From assembly GCA_000004985.1 (NCBI GenBank), contig GG738876.1: a DNA stretch of 64,000 nucleotides, one strand, 5' to 3'. This document shows, piece after piece, positions 57,899-64,000 of this stretch. The stretch's first letter is position 1, and every line of letters begins with the position of its first letter. A program made the translations under genes and the position numbers. This DNA is from Naegleria gruberi. Taxonomy: Eukaryota. The notes beneath the pieces were generated by a model. It saw only the letters and a list, made by a program, of their open reading frames with translations. It made no database searches and was not told where the DNA came from.

Positions 57899-60516
57899 TC
57901 ATTTACTCATATCAATGGAAATATCATCAGTGAGGGTTTGGGTGCTGTGTGTAGAGATAGATGAAATACTCTCTCTTATCTTTTTGATAGCAAAGTCTAG
58001 TAAACCAACGATTGGAAAATCAAGCCATATTTTCTCATCATTATTCATTTCGTTTGTCCATAGAATCAATCTTTGAAGGAGGAATGATTTTTCTTCACTA
58101 GAAATTTGGGATGGATTAGTAAGGCATTTGGAGAGCTCTTGCCTTAGTTCTATCCTCTCTTTATCACATGGTTCAATATAGATTGGTAAAGTGAGCATTG
58201 AGACAGACTCTCTAAATTGGTTTCCTAATTCAAAGTGTTGGACATAGTACCTTCTTGGTGAGTTAGAATCAATGGCCCAGTAAAGGGTATGCGTTCCCTC
58301 TAAGCCTTTGAGCTCAAAATTACCCATATTATCAAAGTGAATCTGTCCATCTTGGACTAGTTCTTTAAATTGCTCTAGTTCGTCTTTGAAAGTCGTAATA
58401 AAAGGAGTATCTTTAGGCAGACTATTGGTAGATGAAAGAGCTGTGGCGCGGTGCTTAATAAAACTTTGGACATCTGAACTGACATATACTCTACCACCAT
58501 GTGATTTGCTTTCAGTTCTTGCAGCTTGGTTGACTGCAGTGCCAAAGTAATCATATCTCTTGGTGGTTGGGTCAAATTGGGATTCAATTTCTTTTCCAAA
58601 GTGAACGCCCATTTTAACTCTTGGTCCTTTGTAAATAATTTCATTATTCCACTTGACTTCTTTCATGTCTGGAAATTCCAACATTTCAGGTGTCCAATGT
58701 CCTTTCAATAAGCCGTTTTGAATAGCAAAACAGCAACCTAGTGCTTCTATTGGATCATTGAATGCGATCATAAAACTGTCTGATTGGGTTTTCACTTCAT
58801 ATCCTTTAAACTTTCGAATATTTTCTCGCACTATTCTATGGTGAATGGCCAATACTTTCTTCATCAAATCTGAATCTAAAGTCCACATTAAGGATGAATT
58901 TTGTATGTGAGTGAAAACAATGCAAATAGGAGCTACTTTTGGAGCTAGACGATTTTCTCTCTTTCTAATCGAATTCTTTCTAACAACCCATCCAATCAAG
59001 AACACAAAAATTCCAACCAATAATATTGCAATAGTAAAACTGACAACACTGATGGAAATAATGAATTCGTTTCTCTTCTCAATTGGTAATACAGGCTCAG
59101 CAGTCCAAGCTTTCCACTTGGCTGTATTGTTTGGGTTTGATAACCACTTACAAGCAGCATCTTCTAAAGTCATTGAATTGTAAGCAACATATCCCATCAT
59201 GGTTACTTGATCTCTACCTCTATAATTCAAATTTTTAAGAAAGTTTTGAACACTTGAAGAGAGAGAAGAGACAGCACTCGTTTGGAGCTTACTATATGTT
59301 GACAAAGGGTAATCACAATCAACCAATCCATTGGCAATATTGTGAGCTGTATGACAGCTATCAGTAAATTGAGGAAGATAGATTCTAGATGGTGGATTAG
59401 GTCTACTGAATAATTGATGTGGAAACCAAAAATATGAAACCATCTCTTTTCGTTGTTGTTGAGCGTTTTGTAAATTTTCAATGAGATAGGTTTCAGTATC
59501 ATTATCAGGTGCATATTCCAACTGCAAATTCAACTTTAAATTCTTGATAATCTGATCATCATAATTCACCCAAGTTTTAGAGCCACTGACCATTCTTGTC
59601 ATGTTTGAAAGTCTAAAGTATCTGTAGTTATTTTGAACTGCATCCTTCATGAAATTTGGAATGAAAAACCCAATTTGGCCACTCGGACCCAAATCGCCAA
59701 TGTCTGTAATATGTTTACCATTAACCACATATTTTCTAAGATGAAAAGATTACTTGTTAGAAAGATCAGCGCATGCACTTACTTGTAATTTTCAAAGTTA
59801 GATAATTTCCAGTATTCTAACAACGCAATTGGACGTGTGGCTCCTTCCTTTTCCATAAGTTCCAAAGAATCCACAATATTTAGTTTTAAAATATCAACGC
59901 AAACTCCTAATTTTTCCTCGAGTATTATTGTTGCAAGAGCATTATTCATCGAGCTCGCCAGCCAATTATTTTCAATAAGAGTTATTCTTGGTGAAAAAGA
60001 GGAACAGTGGCTTGAAGATGCATCTTCAGGTAGACAACTGGCAACTGTTTTTCTAGTCGACGAAATATGTTGATACTGATGGGTTTGCATGTTTTCCAAT
60101 GGCGATCCACTCACAAAATAATAAGTTTCGTAATCGTGATTGTCAAGCTTATCAGCACCAATAAACATGCTAATAACAAATACAAAAAGTATTAATTTTG
60201 TGATAATGGATAATCTGGACCGTTTCCAATAATGTAATCCAACAAAACTACTACTACTAATATTCCTCGTAATCATAATATTCAATATAAAATAGCAAAT
60301 CCACCACATAATTCTCGAATCAAACATGATAAAATCACAATATGAAATTTCATCCATTTGTATTTCAAACTTTCTTTGATTAATCGTGTATTCATCATCT
60401 CCTACTTCTTGTTCATTCCGTCTTCCCTCCAGAAGCAGCATTAATACGTTGTTGTTGCCAGCACAAGTTGTATCGGAAAGAACATGTTTGCCCATTTTTT
60501 TTCGTTCTCTCGTCAT
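57899..60516 (-). CDS. Receptor-type class III adenylate/guanylate cyclase. Order from the N-terminus: signal-anchor/TM, extracellular OpuAC/ProX-like substrate-binding domain, TM, cyclase catalytic domain, C-terminal tail. Two exons: 59783..60516 and 57899..59735, with a 47-nt intron at 59736..59782.
   Basis: Cyclase core 'ICIVFTHIQNS...YEVKTQSDSFMIAF...GPRVKMGVHFG...YDYFGTAVNQAARTES' fits the class III motifs (F.DI.GFT, GD, G.H.G, N..R). The extracellular part 'ITLIENNWLASSMNNALATIILEEKLGVCVDI...LLEYW...YFWFPH' resembles PF04069 OpuAC (type II PBP). TM 'FIISISVVSFTIAILLVGIFVFLIGWVV' precedes the cyclase domain. GTAAGT donor is in phase. Confidence 0.75.
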
Positions 60517-60835
60517 GTAAGATCGTGATGCCTAGCCTTATCTTCTTTTTTATACCAAATCCAGCTTGCGCGCCAAAGATTCTCTCATTACAGCGAATTT
60601 AGAGAGTTTCATTAAGGAAATGATGCAATAGAATATTGTGTTATTTATTTGTAATGGATTATATTCTATCATCTCCCAGTGCAGTTCTTCGACATTTCGT
60701 TTATATTGAATTGAAAGAAGTATTTATGCTTGAAGTATAGATAACTTACAATTTTGTAACTTTTAAATTCTGAATGAGTTGAGTAATGTTGTGATCGAAA
60801 ATGAACTTTTTTTCTAAAAATAAAAATATAAAAAA

Positions 60836-62368
60836 ATGGCATCAAAATCATCAAAAGAAACAAGAGGTTCCCATGTTGATGCAATCAGAGAAGAATTAGA
60901 ACAAGGCAAGGGACGTGATAATTTGATCGGTAAAGAATTTATTAAAAATAATAACAGAAATTATTTGGAATCTGGGTTAAAAACAAATATTAGACCCTTG
61001 ACAGAAAGTGATGATTATGAAATTTATTTTAGCGGCAAATCAACGAATGGCGCATTATTGACAGGATCAACGGAACCAAAGCAATTGGATGGGTTTGAAA
61101 AGTTTACAAAATATGATAGTGATAATGCAAAGAAATTATCAATCCCGAAAGATCAAGCTTTGAAATTTATTGATATTGGACTACAATTTACAGTGATAAT
61201 GACAACTAGGAATGAAGCTTTTTTATATGGAGACTTTGTATATGGATCAAGTTCGGCTTCTATTAATCCTCTTGGAAGGCAATTATCAATTCTAATGACG
61301 CTCACACCAGAAGTTAAACTTAATTATTTCCCTGATGAACCTGTTGCCATGTTGTGTGGAGAACAATTTGTTGCAGTATTGGATAGCTGTAATAGATTGT
61401 GGTATTGTGGTATTGAAAAGTTTGGAACTGCTAATAGTAGTTGTACTTATGATTTTGTGGAAATTGGATTGAAAAAATATTTGGAGACTGAATTTGTTGA
61501 TGAACCTACACATATCACTCACTTTAGAGTTGGAGGAAGACACTTGTGTTTTTGTATTAATAATAGGACTATTATTTCAACAGGTAAGTGACAATTCTTT
61601 CCATTTCATTCGAATACTCATATTATTCAAAGGTGCAAACTATTATGGACAGGTAGGTCATTAGCTTTAAATTAAATACTCAATCCAAAAGTTGGGAATT
61701 ATAAACACACCAGATTTGACACCACCAGTTCCCCCAAGTACTGTACTGACTGTTGCTAGTACACTTTCTCGCTATACATTCGTTAAAACTTGGAATGCAG
61801 ATGGAAAGTATAGAGTAAGAGACGTTGCTTGTTCTGGAAATATGACAGCTATTCTAACAGGTAAGCTCTAATCATAACACCCAAATTTTAACATTAATTA
61901 TTAGAATGTGGAAAATTATTTAAAACCTCTAATGCAGCTATTGCATCTGAGTCAATTGAATCAGTTGTTCTGGATGGATTTTCACTTACTACCATCTCTG
62001 GTAATTGGACTCATATTCTGGCACATACAAGCAAAAACCAAATGATGGGCGTTACGGATAATCATGTTACTGAATTCTTTAGCGAATCTCCTCTAAAGAA
62101 TTGTGATAATTTACACATCTCAACAGGAACCAATTCTAACAATACCTATTTTATTTACTCAAATAATGAATTATATGAACCACATAATCCAAAGGCAGTT
62201 CTCAAATCTTCCCTACCAATAGTTGTTTGTAAATTGACCTCTGAAGCAACTATGGTTTTATGTATGAATTTTAAGAGCAACAAGTCAATTCTTGCAATGA
62301 AACGAAACCTTCTCCAATGTACAGTATCACAAGGGCTATCAGATGTTCTAATCAATGCCCAACAATAA
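60836..62368 (+). CDS. RCC1-repeat (beta-propeller) protein. Four exons: 60836..61583, 61633..61652, 61692..61860, 61905..62368.
   Basis: Spliced '...GGRHLCFCINNRTIISTG|GANYYGQ|LGIINTPDL...VRDVACSGNMTAILTG|ECGKLF..' shows RCC1 signatures (G.N..GQLG; ..C.G.H...L). GTAAGT/GTAGGT/GTAAGC donors with AG acceptors are in phase. Confidence 0.6.
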
Positions 62369-62370
62369 AT

Positions 62371-64000
62371 TTATGCTCCAGATTGAATCAATTCTTCAGG
62401 GCATGACATTACTGCGATAGAACTAGAAGAAGAAAGCGACTCTTTTCTACAGGGTTGAGCGACACTATTTCGTCTTTTCCTGTTATCTGGACGGATAATT
62501 GTATCTTCATATGCATATTCTTTGTTATCTGAAACAATGTTATCCATTTCAGCAGGAAGATAATGAGAGATGACAATTGGTATGAGATGCTTCAATTCCA
62601 ATTCAGTCCATGCATCCTTTTCTTCTTCGGTATCATTATTCCACAATACAAGCCTATGCAGAAGTTTACTCTTCTCATTTTCATTCCATTTCGATGGATC
62701 ACTTATACATGATGCACACGATTGTTTCAATTCCATTCGTTCCTTATCAATTTTCTCTCTCAACAATGGAACTGATAATCCAGAGTCAATTCTAACATGA
62801 GGCAACAATTCGAATTGTTGAATGTAGGAAGTTCGAGGGGAAGTTGTATCCATAATCCAAAACAAAGTGTGATTACCTTCCAATCCTTTCAAAATAAAGT
62901 TTCCCATATTTTCGAATTGGATTTTTCCAGAGTAAAGCAATTGTTTGAATTGAAAGATTGGATCCTTATGAATGGGAAACCCCTTATCCATGCAAATATT
63001 GCAACGAGAAGCTCCTCCCATTTGATGCTTTAGGTGGTCGTGAATATTTGAGCAAATGTAAATTCTTCCTCCTTGAGCTTGATTTTCAGTTCTAGATGCT
63101 TGGTTGACCGTCGTGCCAAAGTAATCATATCTCTTGGTGGTTGGATCAAAATGAGCTTCCACTTCACTGCCATAATGAAGGCCCATTCTAACTCTTGGTC
63201 CTTTGTAAATAATTTCATTATTCCACTTGACTTCTTTCATGTCTGGAAATTCCAACATTTCAGGTGTCCAATTTCCTTTCAACAAATCATTCTGAATAGC
63301 AAAACAACAACCAATTGCTTCTATTGGGTCACTGAAGGCAATCATAAAGCTGTCTGATTGAGTTTTCACTTCATATCCTTTAAACTTTCGAATATTGTCT
63401 CGAACAATTTTGTGATGAATGGTAACAACTTTCTTCATCAAATCTGAATCCAAAGTCCACAACAGTGAAGCATTCTGAATATGAGTGAAAACAATGCAAA
63501 TAGGTGGTGCTTTTGGGGCCAATCTATTTTCTCTCTTTCTAATCGAATTCTTTCGAATGCAAAATCCACAGCAAAAAACACAAAAACCAATTAGTATAAT
63601 AGCAAGTGTAAACCCCACAACAGTCATTGAAATAATAAAGGCATTACTCTTCTCCGGTTGAAAAGGTGGCTCTGAAATCCAACTCTTCCATCTCTCTGTA
63701 TTATTGCCTTTCAAAATCCAAGTACAGGCAGCATCCTCTTTCGACATTTTATCATACGAAACTAAGCCTAACAGTTCAATCTGGTCAGCATTCGTCAGTT
63801 TCATCCTTTCCAAAAAGTTTTGCACTTTTTCAGGAAAACTCAACACTGCCCTAGTTTGCAGTTTACTGTAAGTAGTCATGGCAAAATCACAATCCACCAA
63901 ATTATTCTCCACATTGTGAGGTGATACACATTCTGCAGTAAATGGTGGAAGTGTCACACGTTGTGGAGCATTAGGTCTACTGAATAATTGATGAGGTGTG
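62371..64000 (-). CDS. Second receptor-type class III cyclase, a close paralog of 57899..60516. It is partial, and its N-terminal extracellular part continues beyond the window end.
   Basis: Protein is collinear with the first cyclase (same TM, 'ICIVFTHIQNASLLWTLDSDLMKKV', 'YDYFGTTVNQASRTE'). There are stretches of >60 bp nucleotide identity (for example tcatgtctggaaattccaacatttcaggtgtccaat in both). The end of the OpuAC-like region is visible at 63650-64000. Confidence 0.75.
   Translation of the reverse strand, partial: TPHQLFSRPNAPQRVTLPPFTAECVSPHNVENNLVDCDFAMTTYSKLQTRAVLSFPEKVQNFLERMKLTNADQIELLGLVSYDKMSKEDAACTWILKGNNTERWKSWISEPPFQPEKSNAFIISMTVVGFTLAIILIGFCVFCCGFCIRKNSIRKRENRLAPKAPPICIVFTHIQNASLLWTLDSDLMKKVVTIHHKIVRDNIRKFKGYEVKTQSDSFMIAFSDPIEAIGCCFAIQNDLLKGNWTPEMLEFPDMKEVKWNNEIIYKGPRVRMGLHYGSEVEAHFDPTTKRYDYFGTTVNQASRTENQAQGGRIYICSNIHDHLKHQMGGASRCNICMDKGFPIHKDPIFQFKQLLYSGKIQFENMGNFILKGLEGNHTLFWIMDTTSPRTSYIQQFELLPHVRIDSGLSVPLLREKIDKERMELKQSCASCISDPSKWNENEKSKLLHRLVLWNNDTEEEKDAWTELELKHLIPIVISHYLPAEMDNIVSDNKEYAYEDTIIRPDNRKRRNSVAQPCRKESLSSSSSIAVMSCPEELIQSGA

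Noticed and set aside
57899-59735. Calling the cyclases catalytically dead because of the FTHI motif
   Set aside because: Only one of two metal ligands is altered. The Asn and Arg transition-state residues and the GD-equivalent position are retained. Activity cannot be judged from sequence alone.

Overview
This window is AT-rich, gene-dense nuclear DNA from a unicellular eukaryote, not a prokaryote. It uses the standard genetic code (TAA/TAG stops). Many genes carry one to three very short spliceosomal introns of about 39-65 nt, with GTAAGT/GTATGT donors and YAG acceptors. Proteins are rich in N/Q/S low-complexity tracts and intergenic regions are short. I could support about 36 protein-coding genes from the translations. 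Housekeeping calls include cytosolic ribosomal protein S18, mitochondrial ribosomal protein S5 with a presequence, the Cwc21/SRRM2 splicing factor, LSm8 (three tiny exons, missed by the ORF track), TRM112, condensin CAP-G, DOP1 (partial, at the window start) and a TatD nuclease. Centriole and flagellar genes are present: SAS-6, delta-tubulin and a CFAP100-like coiled-coil protein. Their presence, together with two tandem receptor-type class III nucleotidyl cyclases, a leishmanolysin-like M8 peptidase and two RWP-RK-like regulators, points to a flagellate-capable protist, possibly a heterolobosean (Naegleria-like) amoeboflagellate. That lineage call is inference only. The most unusual content is: (a) the two tandem cyclases, whose extracellular part looks like a bacterial-type OpuAC/ProX quaternary-amine (glycine-betaine/choline) binding domain, separated by an RCC1-repeat gene; (b) a repeat-rich, hairpin-containing region downstream of rpS18, in which the last coding nucleotides plus the 3' UTR of rpS18 are tandemly reiterated, and the same roughly 110-130 bp AATAAA-bearing unit recurs after a 719-aa orphan gene that it thereby flanks; (c) an R3H + 2H-phosphoesterase fusion protein; (d) two long ORF-free but sequence-complex regions at about 5.7-7.1 kb and 48.1-50.1 kb. 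There are no CRISPR, rRNA or convincing tRNA features. All calls rest on reading the translations and sequence by eye. No database searches were run.
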